DNA from: Trypanosoma brucei
Lineage: Eukaryota
Assembly: GCA_000002445.1 (NCBI GenBank)
Contig: CP000068.1
Span: forward strand, 1,544,199 to 1,608,198
Direction of reading: 5' to 3'
Length of the DNA: 64,000 bases
Shown here: positions 1 through 13,148 of the stretch, in pieces
How positions within the stretch are numbered: the stretch's first letter is position 1
How the letters are laid out: every line of letters begins with the position of its first letter
The notes under the pieces: model-generated
The model's database searches: none
Seen by the model: only the letters and a program-made list of their open reading frames with translations
What the model was told of the DNA's origin: nothing
Made by a program: the position numbers and the translations under genes

Positions 1-355
1 TATCTGTCTTAATTCTTCATTCATAATATTTTCGCCCCCACAATTTTATAATCATCCACCCTCATTCACTCACTTACTCACATTCCAATCTTGCTACTTT
101 TCAAGTTCATCTTTTTGTTTCCGCATTCAGGTTTTAACAATATCCTCATACTAATATTTGTATATGCACAGCCACACCACTTTCCTATCACCATTATTGT
201 TACAACGCTAACTAATATTCATCAAATAAATAAAATAAACAAAATAAACAAAATTAGAACATCACTCATTTTTCATACCTTATCTCTCTGTTACTTTACA
301 TCCATCGGCCACCTTCATACGAAGGTTTAAATAATAGCATATTTTCATCGAAAAG

Positions 356-373
356 TGTGAAAATATAACAGAG
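356..373 (-). promoter_or_regulatory. Variant VSG 3'UTR 16-mer (gtgtgaaaatataacaga)
   Basis: It sits just downstream of the VSG stop and resembles gtgttaaaatatatca. Confidence 0.4.
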
Positions 374-396
374 TCGCAAAAATATAGGTAAAAATT

Positions 397-1999
397 TTAA
401 AACAGTAAGGCCGTAAAAACAGCGGTCATCAGAGCCAATTACTTATTGACTAGAAAACTTCCATTTCGGCATTTCTCTGTATCCTTGTCATCCTCACCAT
501 CTTTGTCCTTTCTGAAACCACAAACGGGGGTTTGGCCTGCTGTGTTTTCAGCTTCGCATTTGGCTTTGTCAGTGCCGTGTTTGGTGCACCTGTCTGAAGC
601 AGTTTTTCTCATCTTTCCCTCCTGTTTCTTGAGTTGCTTTTTCTGCTTCTTTTTTGCTCTCTTCACTCAATGTGCACCTTTTCTTTGGTTCTTTTGCTTC
701 GGCGTCCCATTTGCAGGATGGTTTGCACTCTGTGTTTTTGTTTATCCTATTGCATTTTTCTTCGGCTTCTTCTTGGTTTTGTTTATTGTTTTCTGCTGCT
801 ACTGCTGCACCTGGCGCTTTTTGGGATTGCTGCTGTATAGCCATTGCATTCAGCTGCAGGAGGTTTGTTAGGCTTTCATTGAGGCTGGTTAATTGAATCT
901 CTGCCTGCAAAGTAGTGCGTTGCTCATCCTTTAGTGCCTGTTGCTTTTGAGCTGCTTTATCAAGAGCGCTTAGCCATGTCGGCTCCTGTATCGTGTTTGC
1001 CGCACTTACAAACGCTACACATGGACCTGTGCCTCCCGCGTCAGCGCCGTTGCAGTTGCCCGCTGCCCCTGCTGAGCCGACGTATCCTATGTATCCTACG
1101 GCGCCGCCAGTCCCTTTCGGTTCGTATAGCAGCGCCCTAATGCTGCTGCCGGCCTGTGCTATGTCCGTTTGCTGGTTAGCTTTATCGTGGTTGCCTTCGC
1201 TGCTGCAGTGTTCCGTTATTTGTGTCCACGCTGCTAGTGGTTTGCCTTGAGCCCCGAAATCCTGCTCTGTAGCTTGGGTTTTGTAGCGTGCCGCGGCGTT
1301 GTTGCTGGTACTGTCCGAGGCGCATAGACATGTCATGGTTTCTGCTAGTGAATTTTTGCTTGATGAGCCGCTTTTGCTGTTGGTGCCGCAGTGCGCTTCC
1401 CTGGTCGCCCCTGTGCCGGTTAGCTTGAGGTTGACTTTGTTTCCGCCGGGCCCGTATATTGCTTCCTCTAAGGCCGACTTGATTGCGGCGGCAGCGTCGG
1501 CTTCTTCTAAATAGTCTTTGGCTTGGTCCGCTAGAGTTTTCATTAGTTCGACGGTTTTGTTTATTTGCATGTGCAGTGGGCTCGCCGGCTGCGCCGCGAT
1601 CTTGAGTTTCTGTTTTTCTTCTGGAGCTAAATTTTTTAGGTAGTTGGCTGCCTCTTGATACTGTGCCTTTGAGCTTCCCTTGCACTTTTCAGGAATCTCA
1701 GAGTCTCCCGTTGCCGCTTCTCCTGATGTGGTTGTTTTGTCTGCCATTTTTGCAATTGCGGAGAGCTCGCTTAGAATTAAAGCTATGTGTTGTGTTCTAA
1801 GAGCCGCATCCTTCGCTGCCGCAGACGGCTTGTTCTTACTTTGGAGCTTTGTGGCAGCCAGCACCACGTTGCATAGCAGTCCAAATGTTTGTCTGTTTTC
1901 ACCTTTGGTCGCGGTTCCCGCTTCAGTGGCTGCCGCGTACGTTATAAGCAGCAATGCTACCGCCACTACCGCTTTAGTTGGCCTTTGGTCCAATCGCAT
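397..1999 (-). pseudogene. VSG: VSG (A-type N-terminal domain) pseudogene. A frameshift near 569-666 separates the CTD tail, and an in-frame TAA interrupts the GPI signal (..NGSFLVNK*LALMTAVFTALLF*).
   Basis: The 476-aa ORF 569..1999 starts with a signal peptide (MRLDQRPTKAVVAVALLLITYAAATEA) and has the GENRQTFGLLC and ALYGPG..CLCA motifs plus a Cys-rich CTD. ORF 439..666 in another frame carries the C-terminal end. A 16-mer-like 3'UTR element lies downstream. Confidence 0.75.
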
Positions 2000-2162
2000 C
2001 TCAGTTTGTGTCTAGTGCGTTTCTTTCAGCCTGGATCCGTAGGTAAAAGTGTGAGAAAGATGACGGTTGTTGGTTTTTCCGGCATGTTTTTGAAGTACTT
2101 CGCCTTTAAAAGCTTAGGGTGAGCCAGCTGTTCTGGTGCTCGTTATTTTTGACAAAATAACT

Positions 2163-3260
2163 TCACCATGGACGTTTTGGGACGTCACTTCGACTTAATA
2201 AATCTGGCGGCCCATTGGAATGGCGGCTCGGGTGAAGCCTTTGCTGCGGTTTCATTGTAATACTGTCGCAAACAATACGGTTGCCATTCACTTCCATGGA
2301 TCGCATTAAAATTCTTTTCACATGCATTACATAATGACAATCTTGCATATCCACCGTTAATAACCCCTCAATTTTAAATTTATTCTTTATAACTTCCACG
2401 ACCATAATATCTTCATTGAGTGCTCTAAAATCAATATATGTTTCGACATTTCTGAATTTAATTTCTGATTTTACTAATTTTATCAAAAGCTCATAATCAA
2501 CAATTTTCTTAACTACATCCCTTGATAGTGTGGACGCATAACCTATTGTGTGCCATGTAATTTCGTCACTAAATTCTTTAGGATAACCAACCGCTCTTGC
2601 CACATTCAATTTCTCCATTGGCAATATTTCAAGGCACTGTAACAACAATGGCACCCTCATAAAAATATTATCATCTGCTTTCATTATATAAGGGTTTGTT
2701 GGCTTGAATAATTACACTGCAAATTTAAACTACAGATACGTGTTTCTACTCATCGTGAGTTCTGCTTCCCATCCCCAATTACACCCCTCTCCAACTTTTT
2801 TATCTGCTGTAGGATTTACATCGCAAACTGGTAAAATAATAATATCCTGCTTTAACTCCGCCTCTTCTTCAGCGATTACTCTGAGCTCGCAATTGTTATT
2901 TGTATGAGGTGAAAGGGTATATACTACAGACAACTTCCCAGTAAAATTATTTACCTTCCTTGCCGCTTCGGGATAACTCCAACACGTTTCCCTCTGAAGG
3001 TTGCGCCTTCTGAATCTCCCATCATTATCTATGGAAGGTATTCCAGCTACAACCAAATAATCGTCGGCTTTCCAAATCATCCTTACATCTTTCGAAACAA
3101 ATTTAATACACTCATCCTCAACAACTTCTAGTGAAATAGTGTCACACACGTCAAATAAGCTGTATAGTGACGTTCCTAAATTAACAGAAATAACAATTAA
3201 AAAAAGTAAACTATCATTAACCAAATAGTTTGCAAATACTTTATAAGATGCTATTCCCAT
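2163..3260 (-). pseudogene. ESAG-like / glycosyltransferase-like subtelomeric type-II membrane protein gene, split into two ORFs (2730..3260 and 2163..2684); family uncertain (ESAG3-like?).
   Basis: There is an N-terminal hydrophobic segment (SLLFLIVISVNLGTSLYS) and an IWKADDYLVV motif reminiscent of the GT DxD region. It is related to the ORFs at 25036-26001 and ~55700-56560, and an internal 540 bp is duplicated at 12591-13130. Confidence 0.35.
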
Positions 3261-3924
3261 ATTATTAGAAAACTATTAATATTTGTAAAATCAAAAACGA
3301 TATTTAGAAAATAAGTAAATGCTCTTCACCAAAGTGTTTACATAAGCAATTCCAAGGTATTGTCATGATGTAGCTGTTAAAAAGTCTATGTTAATATTCT
3401 GGAATTTTTATATAACCTCTCCTCTATATTTAGTTTTAGTAGTTATCTAGAGCCACATATAGTGCTTCTAAACAATATAAATCCTTCTGTTCTCTAGAAT
3501 TATTCACATTTTCCTCCAATGTATTTTTGTTTAATTACAGTAGTTACCTGCATCTATGTGTTCAGAAACGCTAATAATTTTACTGTTTATTTGTAGTAAC
3601 TACGACTAACATCCATTTTCGTGACTCTCGCATCACTATAACTTTTGAAACTTATGTAGTTGCCGTCTTGGGCAAAATAATGACACAGTATGGGCTGCAC
3701 ACTTCATCTTCTCTCTTACTTATTGTACCCTCTATCATCTCAATGTGCATAATGGTGTACACCGTTACATTTGTGCTCGAATTTACGCCTCTACAATACT
3801 CGTTTCCGTCTGCCTCCTTGACTCAGCTGCTCTTCACATTATTTACTTGGTCTTGTCGCGCCCTTGACATTGTTTCGACTGTTGCTATTGCGGTAAACCA
3901 TTTAGTATCTACAAACACTAACAT

Positions 3925-4000
3925 TACAATAATATCAGTATATACACACTCACAACACTCACCTATCATCATCATCATTATTATTATTATTATCATGGTA
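3925..4000 (-). repeat. 70-bp repeat (single unit with a short TAA/TGA tract), the upstream boundary of the VSG cassette at 397-1999
   Basis: + strand gtatatacacactcacaacactc...atcatcatcattattattattatt is the reverse complement of the canonical 70-bp repeat. Confidence 0.8.
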
Positions 4001-4224
4001 ATAACATCTTAAACTATCTTCACTATTTTTATTTGGATTGTAAACCTAAATTACTTCTAATATTCATAAAATAAAGAAAGTAAACTAAATTATAATATCA
4101 CTCATTTTTTATACCTTACTCCAAATTGTTTTATACCAATAGGCCACTATCATAAATATTTCATATGTTTGATATTTTTTAAATATTCACAATTTTCAAT
4201 TTTTTGCAAAGTTTTTATTAAAAA

Positions 4225-4240
4225 GTGTTAAAATATATCA
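4225..4240 (-). promoter_or_regulatory. VSG 3'UTR 16-mer, exact (TGATATATTTTAACAC on the sense strand)
   Basis: + strand gtgttaaaatatatca lies about 30 bp downstream of the GPI-tail coding end of the next VSG. Confidence 0.85.
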
Positions 4241-4272
4241 AATTTAAAAAATTATTTTGAAAAATAATTTTT

Positions 4273-5843
4273 TCATAAAATTAAGCAAAAATCCTTAGAA
4301 TATAAGAATGCTAAAATGCAACCACACTCACAAGGTAGCAGACGCCAGCGGAAATTTTTTATTTGCGAGGAAACTGTAATCTTTTCAAGTTGAGTCTTAC
4401 CATTTACAACTATCTTCACATTCTTTCTCTCCTTTCCCTGGACATTTATCCTTTTTCTTTCCATTTTTCTCCTGCTTCTTGGCTTGCTTTTTCTAGTCTT
4501 TCCTTCAGTTCCATTTTCGAGATGCACTTTTTTTCAGCTGGTTTGTTGTCGTGAAAATGGCAATGTTCAGTAGCATTACATGTCTTTGGGTCATTGTCTG
4601 TGATTTTATTGCAAGCTTCTTCTGAATTGCTTGACTGTTTGTTATCTTTGTTAGCTTCTACGTCATCTTTTAACTTGATTATTTCGTTGTTTTTGGCTAT
4701 TATTGAATTAAAAAGCAGTTTTAAAAGTTGCTCAACGCTCTGTATTTCAGAGAGCGAAGTCTCGCCGTTTTCTTTGTCAGAAAATTCTTTGTTTGGAATT
4801 TGTGTTTCTTTAATATCTTTCCATACCTTGAGGTCGGTTGGCTTGTCGCTATCTTTGTAGATCTCTTCTAGCTTCTCGCTTGTTGGGCCGGCGTCGCTGC
4901 TTGTGTCGTATTTTTTTGTTTTCTTCAGTAGCTGGTGGTGGGCTGCTGCCTTTGCTGCTGCCAATTCCTGCAGACATTTAATGGTGAACTTTGTATGCTC
5001 TTTTCCCGCCGCGATTTTATTCTCTGCGGCATATATGAGCAGGTTGCCAAACTCCGCATAAGTGGTTCCGGCTGTAATTTTTTTTCATGTTTTTGCAGGC
5101 TGCGCAATGTGTATCATCGCGGCGCCTGCTGTTGCCTGGCTGAGGTAGCCGGTGTCATATGTTACTGGCGCAGCTAGCGTTTGTGCGCCCACCATGCTGG
5201 TGCCGGTGTGTTGAGTTAGGGCGTAGTTCTGGACAGTTCCAGTCGTTGCTGCATCGCCTGAGGCAGTGGAGAGCTCATCGAACAGAGACGAAGGACTGGT
5301 TATAGCTTTGTTGGCCGTCGCTTTAGCGTCAAGCTGAGGGCCTACACCGCATTTTTTTCAAGGCTTGCCTTTTTTGCACTGCATTGCTGTTCCTGATTCT
5401 TCTAGGCACCCGTGAGTTTCGCATGTAGCGTAGGCCCCTGCAGCTATTTCTGCGAATTCAGCAATCCAGACCTGTAGGTAACTGCCGGCTGCCTGTGCAT
5501 TCAGTGCTACGTCTATTGCCGTTTGCAGCTGTGTGGCTGTTATTGCCAGAAGCTCACGAAGCGATTACAGCAGCGGCCGGAGATTTGTGGCTGCTCCGGG
5601 CGGCTGTCTAGCAAAATATACCATTATTTTCAGTTTGTCTTTTAGCCACGAATCTGCTGTTGCTATGCTCGTTTTTAGTTTGGCAGCCCTCGCCGGAGCT
5701 GCCGTCGCCAACGCTTCCGCTACGCCACACAGTGGCTGCCAGACCGTGTGTTTAACGGCGTCGCCTGCACTTGCGGATGCAGCATCTGCTAGATATATTA
5801 TGAGCAATAGCCTCGCTATGTCGTGCATTTGTGTAATGGGCAT
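4273..5843 (-). pseudogene. VSG: VSG pseudogene with multiple frameshifts
   Basis: ORF 5565..5843 carries the N-terminal signal peptide (MPITQMHDIARLLLIIYLADAASASA). ORF 4446..4964 is a Cys-containing CTD. ORF 4273..4527 ends in the hydrophobic ILAFLYSKDFCLIL. Poly-T indels occur at ~5090 and ~5350. Confidence 0.6.
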
Positions 5844-7039
5844 AGTTGCACGGCTTCTCTTTCTTAGATTTTCTTTCTTGCTTGGGGGATGATGTTGGCA
5901 ACTGACGTATGATATTTGTAGATTTTTTGTCCGGGCCTGGGTTAAGTCGGAATCATGGCATAAAATGGTTGTTGAGGCGTTTAGTTATCTTCTTACGGTG
6001 GTCTTGGCTACGTCTGATCTTAATCTTGCAGTTAGCCGCACCACATCGTTTACTTTAGGTTTTTACTCTCTTTGAGTGCATATCGTCTCGCTGGTTTGAG
6101 TTAGACTTTTGTTGCACTTCTTTAATATTGTTCGTCTTTGTTGAGTAGAACCAACTGTCAACAGCTGACGGCTTTTCTTTTATATCCAAACACTAATTTA
6201 AACACATTAATAAAAATCTACAACACCTTGATTCCTATCGGTATATCAAATATCAACGTATTCTCCAACATTATAGCTTCTAATTGTTCCAAACTGTCGA
6301 CAAACTTTACATATCTGAAATTTCAGTCTTTAGGGTTATTATTAATTTTTGTTTTTCTACAGTTTTATCCGTACTAACTGGTGCTGGAATAACAAAGTAA
6401 CAAGAAGCTTTTCAGGGTCAGAATTCCTTTGAAGCTCCTGTTTTTCGTCATTCAGCTCTGTCATCTTCCGGCGTTTACGTTTAAGACAAGGCAAGTTGTT
6501 GCCAGAAAGCGTCTTCTTCACTGCTTTTCTTTTGTTAATGTGTGTTTTCGGTCTAAGGCATATGACCACTCTTACATACCTTAATCATTTCTTATATTTC
6601 TTAGCGTCTAGCGTGTATACCGATATGGAATTGAAGGGATATAACCATTGATCCTCTCCACTTTATAGAGATAGCTCATTGATTCATATACGAGGTTTCT
6701 TATCCATTTAGTGTCTCCTTCACCTTGAACTTTAGTTAGCATTATCTCCTTGTTCTATCACTGTGTACAACGCAGTTGCTACATTTGTTCGATGTATCGT
6801 GCTGTGTGTCTCAATTATCGCATCCTCAAAATTATATCATATAATAATGTCTTGTCACTTTCTTCTCATGACAATGCGTACAATCAGTTTCATCACTTCA
6901 TTTCATTCTACAATGATACCCATTTTCATTCTAATCCACCATTTCTACCTTATTTAATCACCCCCATCGCACGCTTTCCATTGTATTAACTAATTTTCTT
7001 TCAACCATCCACTTACTATTCATCATTGTTTTTATTGAT

Positions 7040-7095
7040 AATATTAGTATTTACACACACTCACAACGCTCTCTTATCATTATTATTAGTATTTA
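7040..7095 (-). repeat. 70-bp repeat (single, slightly degenerate)
   Basis: acacacactcacaacgctctcttatcattattatt. Confidence 0.7.
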
Positions 7096-7200
7096 TCTTT
7101 AACTAATATCCATCAAATTAACAAAATTAAAAAAATTAGAATATCACTTACTTTACATTCATATACCACTATCACACACATTTAAAAAAAACATGAAAAA

Positions 7201-7216
7201 GTGTTATAATATGCCA
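7201..7216 (-). promoter_or_regulatory. VSG 3'UTR 16-mer variant (gtgttataatatgcca)
   Basis: Its position relative to VSG 7324-8748 supports the call. Confidence 0.5.
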
Positions 7217-7269
7217 TACTTTTAGAGAAATTTTAAGCTACATAAAATGGATCTAAAATTTTTACCAAT

Positions 7270-8748
7270 AATTCTTAAAGTTGTTAAGCTAGAGGAAAAA
7301 CTGCAAGCAAAAAGGGACTTTAATTACAGCTGAAAGAACCGTTCCCTCTTTAACTTTGCACTCTTTCTTTTCTGCGTTACAATCGCATTTTGTTTTGTCG
7401 CAATCTTTCTCTTCGACGGCTGTGAAAACCTCGGCTTTTTTATCCCCGTCTTTCTTATCGTCTTTTTGTCTGGTTTTTCGCTTTGTTTGAGCTTTTCCTC
7501 TGAGCCTGATAACTGAGCTTTTTCCGCTGCTTCTTTGCCGAGATAATATGCTAATACGGTTACACCATCAGCTGTCCCTGCCAATTCAAAGGGAGTCTTT
7601 TTTATTGGCATGTTCCTTATTTTTATGTCAATCCTTGTCTTGTCAATAGTGTCTGTGACTCTTTGCTTGAATATTTCTGGCTTTGCGCCGAAAAACTTGT
7701 GAACAAGCGCTTTCCTTTCGATTGCATCTTTTGGAAGTGGTGTGTCTGGTGATCTTATATCAGTTAGGGTTTCTGCTAACCGGTTTTCAGCTTCCAGTGT
7801 CGACAACGGGCGGTTGTGTGGAGGTGTATATGCAGGTTTCGGGGTACGCCTTAGCTGGCAGATAGCTGCTGCTAGGGCTGTTGGTTTGTACTGGTGCGGC
7901 TTACTGTCGTCGCTGATTTTTGGGCACGCCGTCTGGTCCCCTGTGCTCTTTAGTGCTATCTTCGTTTTTTTGTACGAGTGCGCTTTGTGTTCGACTTTGG
8001 GTAGCAGTGCGTTGGCTTGATTGGCGCCGTCAAAGTCTTGTGATGCCGTGATGCAGGCGCCGGTCGTGTGTGCGGATCCTACCATGGCTCCGTTTACTTC
8101 TCCTTTACTTAGGGACGTCGCTTCTAGGACGTGTCTGCTTGCGGCCGTTGCCGCCAGCGTTATGTGCTCGGTGGTCTGCCATTTGACGTTAGAGCGCTTT
8201 ACGTCGTCTTCTTCGCTGTCTAGGCTGCAATTTTGCGCGGTGTACGAGATTTTGACAGCCGCCTTGCAGCCGTGTATGGTGTTAGTTGAGCCAATTGTGA
8301 GTGGGCTGCCAAGTTTGCTTCCGCTCTCTAAAGTTATTGTTTTGGTTGCTGTATCGTGGTCAGTTAGGTGCACCGCTTCCTGTATTTTTATTATCTCCCG
8401 CGTCGCCGCTACTTGTTCGTTGTGAGCTAGTGTTGCAGAGATTAGCTGTGATACATCTGCCTCGGCGATTGTCGCTAGCGCTTTGAAGGCCACTGCTGTT
8501 ACTGCGTCGTCTGACGAAGCTGCTGCTATTATATATGCCACCGCAGCTTTAACAGCTGTAGTTGCAGCTGATCCGTCGCTCAAATAAGTCGTTTTGATTT
8601 TGTCGTTGATTAATTTAAGATATCTGGCCGTCTGGCCGGGTGTGGATACAGCCTGGCTGGCGGCGTCATCGTCGCCCATGGTGCCCGTTAACTGAGCTGA
8701 TTCCACTAGTATTATTAGTGGCTGTCTCCCTGCGTTGGTGTAAAGCAT
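7270..8748 (-). pseudogene. VSG: VSG-like gene with a B-type N-terminal domain intact over 474 aa; the CTD is frameshifted (a Cys-rich CTD is readable in another frame at 7324-7480).
   Basis: ORF 7324..8748 has the Ala/Thr-rich helical N-terminal domain and conserved Cys. The in-frame C-terminal 80 aa are basic and Cys-free, while the alternate frame gives CDKTKCDCNAEKKECKVKEG. Confidence 0.6.
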
Positions 8749-10024
8749 CTGCTTGCGTGTGTGAGTGATGCTGCTGGTGAGGTGTCTGTGGAATTGGCTG
8801 GTTGGTTCTGTCGTTGCGAAAGTGGCGGAACAAAAGATATATATTCTTGGTGTGCTGCTGAGATGCGTGCCTACGATGCTAGTACATAGGCTGAGCCGTA
8901 GAATTTACACTTTTAATTCCATGTTAATTTGTTTGACATCTATATCTATTTAATCTATTGGTTCGTAAATCCGATTGTTCAACTCTTAAAAGTACTTTTC
9001 ACACTACTACACCTGAAAAATCAAAACTCAAGGTTTCTAATCTTCTCTATTTCCAGACAATTCTGCGTTACATTCCGAATTAATAACCAAGTTCCGCCAT
9101 TGCTTCTTAAAAAACGATTACTTTTCGCTCATATTTTGATCATGTGGCGTTAAGTTGTTCCGATGCCGTTAAATGCTGGGTCATTTTTGTAGCTAACGTA
9201 CCTTGTGTGACGCTTTTATCTTCACTAATACGCGCCACTAACTCACCATATGCAACCGCTTTTATACGGATTAGTCTCTGTTTAGAAGCTCTTAATGGTT
9301 TACCTGTATACAAATATGGAATTAGAGGAATTGTGTCTCTAATTCACTTTACTTCATAGAGATACGCTATTTTCTCCTATATGAGCTATTTAAAGACGTT
9401 TCCAAGTTTTTATTCTTATTTTTCTGTCAGCAAAAATCTATTATTGGTACTGGTTTTTAAATTTTCATCCTAAAAGTATTATATTATTTCCAGAAAATAT
9501 GTGTCATTATTACTATACATGATGAGACTACTTTGACATTATTTCACATCTACCTAACACCTTTCCCAACCTTCTTAATCTTATTCTTTACATCTGAAGA
9601 TTAGGGTACGACATCAGATTAAAAAACGAAGTCAATACCATCTCTACTTTTTCACCAATACATTTTTTGTGAGCTATAAGGCACAGTCTCCTGTACTGTT
9701 CTCTTCTGTGCTCTGCTGCCAGAGCTACCGTTGGTTTACTCAGTTTTTTAATTCCGTCCCTTTGGCTTACTAAAACTGTCACTTCATGTAACGTACGTAC
9801 TCCCTTTATCCTCTACGTTGAATTCTGTATCTCCTTCATTTCACTTCTAACGTATTCTTGTGTATGATGCCTCTATCCGTCATTTATATGTATGAAACCG
9901 CGCATACCCAAACTCCTTCTTTGTATCTTTCTCATGGCCACTACCCTACTCATTTCCCTTGCACCTCTCCCATTTTTTGAAGAGCTTCGATTTTCCTCTT
10001 TCATTCGGTTGCCACAACCACCCT

Positions 10025-10196
<172 letters not shown>

Positions 10197-10355
10197 TTAA
10201 GACTAACTGATTTCGGTCAAATAAACAAGATAAATGACATTAGAATAGTACTCGGTCTTTTTACCTTATCACCATATTAATTGGCATGAATGGTCCTCTT
10301 CCGCACTAAAATTTAGTATTTTTTAAAATACACATTTTTCAAAGGTTCGACAAAA

Positions 10356-10371
10356 GTGTTATAATATATCA
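10356..10371 (-). promoter_or_regulatory. VSG 3'UTR 16-mer, one mismatch (gtgttataatatatca)
   Basis: It lies immediately 3' of the VSG at 10408. Confidence 0.7.
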
Positions 10372-10407
10372 AATTTTAACCAGAAAAATTTTAAAGTACT
10401 AGAAAAA

Positions 10408-11949
10408 TTAAAATAGTAATGCCACAAAGGCAACCGACATTAGAGTAAATTTTTTATTAAAAAAAATACTGGAATCATTGCAAGCAATATTTTTCCATTT
10501 ACAGCTTTTGTCATCCTCACATTTTGCCTTATCAGTTCCGTGTCTTGCATATCCAGATGTATCTGTTCCTTCTCCTGCTTTTTCTACTGCTTTTTTGGCT
10601 TCCTCGCTCAATGTGCACTTTTTGTTGTGTTCCTTTGCTTCGCCGCTCCACGTGCATGGCGGTTTGCAATCTGTGTCTTTTTCTTTTTTATTGCATCCTT
10701 TTTCGGCTTCTTCTTGTTTTGTTGAGTCACCTGAGGCTGTTTCTGCTGCTGCTGCTGGACTTGCTGTTGGCCGCTTAAGCGCTTCCATGCAGTTTAGTGC
10801 TAGGAGGGTCGTTAGGGAATTATTGAGTGTGTGAATTTGTGCCTGTAGTCGAGTTATGGCGGCCTGTTTCCCGTGTAGTGCTGTTTGTTGTTCCGCTGCC
10901 GTCGCCAGTTTGCCGAGCCATTCTGGCGGTGCTATATCGGCTGGCCCGGTCCGAAAGCTTGCGCAGGCACCACTGTTTCCGCTGTTCTCACCGTCGCAGT
11001 TGCCTGTGCCCTGACCAGCGATATGGCCTATGATGCCGGTTTTGCCTGTCGTACCTTTGGCTGCGTTTAGTTCGGCCTGCAGTGCAGCTGTAATTTCAGT
11101 TAGTCTTTGCCTGTGTTGCGTTGCTGCGGTCCCGACCGTCTTCCGGCAGTCTTGCAGTATTGTCGACCAGTCCGTTATTTCTTCGTTTTGTTCCCCGAAG
11201 TTTTGGTTGCCTGTTGGGGTGCTGTAGCACGCCGTGTTTGTTCTCGGTCCTGCGGCGGTTGACGCGCACAGGCAAGCTATTGTTTCCGCGATTGATCTTT
11301 TGGCCGATGCGCCTGGGCCGGTGTCGCCCTTGCCGCAGTGGGTCTCCCTGTCCCCGCCGGCGCCTGGCAACTTCGGCTTGGTTGTTTTTGTCGTTACACC
11401 GTAGATGGCTTAAATCAAATGTTTTTTGACTGGGTCGTTGGTGTCGCCGTTTGAAAATATTTTGTGTGTTGTAGCAATCTTTATGAGTTTTTGCAGCGTG
11501 TTGTTTATCTTTTCCTTGAATCCGCGGTTTTCTGTGGTGGCCTGTAGAAGCTTTTGTTTTTCTGCTTCTGGTAAGCCTTTGAAATATGTTGCAGCTGCCG
11601 TGCACCGAGAAAGTTTTTCCTTTTTACATGCAGTTGAAATAGCGTCATTGTCGTCTGGTTTTGGCTTGCTGTATGTAATAAGCGACGCAACTTTGCTTAT
11701 AGCTGTTGGTTGTTCCATGATTAATGACATGAATTGTGAATTTTGTGCTGCCTCCTTGGAAGCCTGTGCTGGTGCCGGTGCTGCTGAGCCTTCTTCCTCC
11801 GCTAACACCACTGCACATAACAAACTAAATGGGCCTCGGTTTTCTCCTTTGCTGGGTCCAGCTGCTGATACGTGTGTTGCTATTGACACGAACACCGCAC
11901 ATATGGCTACTAACAACATTGCTTGGGGTTTTTTCTGACGCTTAAACAT
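10408..11949 (-). pseudogene. VSG: VSG (A-type) with an intact CTD and GPI signal, but a stop/frameshift at ~11370-11410 between the N-terminal ORF (11410..11949) and the rest.
   Basis: The N-terminal ORF has a signal peptide and GENRGPFSLLCAVVLA. The C-terminal ORF ends ..SSIFFNKKFTLMSVAFVALLF, a canonical GPI signal. Confidence 0.8.
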
Positions 11950-12590
11950 TGCTGTTCGCTGAAGTACTAATTTTCGCTTGGTTAGGGACTTGTTGGTTGT
12001 ATAACAGTTGAAGATACATCGATGCCGGGTTGTATTCTGGTTAATTTCCGCAGAAATGCTGCAAATTTGAAACCGTGTAATCTCGCTATGGTTGAAGTGT
12101 TACTTATTATGCCGCTTATCAGCCGTTATTGCCCGTTTTAAAGGTAATACATCTGACTATGCTCATTGTTTTTTCTTTTCGTTGATGGTAAGGAACATAA
12201 TGGTACTGCCATAAAAAGTGACAGCTTCAGCAATTCATTTATAAGTCGCTCCATTCGTATGATAACAGGTGGCAGCTTCAGCTTGTAGTGAGGTGCATGT
12301 TCGGTGTTTGCCACTGCGCCTTCAACGTGGAAATCTCTGCTTTTGCTTATTTTTGCTGCGAACTTTCCGTGATTTTGGGAATGGCGCAGCGAAACATTAT
12401 GCTTGTGTGAAGCCATGACCGCTTAAGTGTCACCTTATGTGTCGGAAAGATATACGGTGATTGATAAGGTTTAAAAGTCTTTAAATTTTCAACCGCTGTG
12501 TGAAAACATCTCTTAACAATATATTGACATAAACTCAGACGTAAAAAATACCCTTTCATTTATACAGCTGACACGTTTCCTCACATTCCC

Positions 12591-13148
12591 CACATTCAAT
12601 TTCTCCATTGGCAATATTTCAAGGCACTGTAACAACAATGGCACCCTCATAAAAATATTATCATCTGCTTTCATTATATAAGGGTTTGTTGGCTTGAATA
12701 ATTACACTGCAAATTTAAACTACAGATACGTGTTTCTACTCATCGTGAGTTCTGCTTCCCATCCCCAATTACACCCCTCTCCAACTTTTTTATCTGCTGT
12801 AGGATTTACATCGCAAACTGGTAAAATAATAATATCCTGCTTTAACTCCGCCTCTTCTTCAGCGATTACTCTGAGCTCGCAATTGTTATTTGTATGAGGT
12901 GAAAGGGTATATACTACAGACAACTTCCCAGTAAAATTATTTACCTTCCTTGCCGCTTCGGGATAACTCCAACACGTTTCCCTCTGAAGGTTGCGCCTTC
13001 TGAATCTCCCATCATTATCTATGGAAGGTATTCCAGCTACAACCAAATAATCGTCGGCTTTCCAAATCATCCTTACATCTTTCGAAACAAATTTAATACA
13101 CTCATCCTCAACACCTTCTAGTGAAATAGTACCACCTTCACCAAACAA
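12591..13148 (-). pseudogene. Internal fragment of the ESAG-like gene; near-identical copy of 2601-3141
   Basis: About 540 bp are >99% identical to 2601-3141, with flanks diverging on both sides. Confidence 0.6.

Noticed and set aside
446-896. Plus-strand Cys/Phe/Leu-rich ORFs opposite every VSG C-terminus (for example 10478-10834, 18702-19003, 36340-36826)
   Set aside because: They are antisense translations of the Lys/Glu/Cys-rich VSG C-terminal domain. Their positions track the minus-strand VSGs exactly.
1182-1685. Arg/Gln-rich 167-aa ORF overlapping the VSG at 569-1999 in another frame; similar ORFs at 11096-11605, 27374-27685 and 54233-54643
   Set aside because: They are alternative-frame readings of the Ala/Thr-rich VSG coding sequence (GC-rich codons give Arg/Gln/Pro in shifted frames). 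They are entirely contained within VSG CDS.
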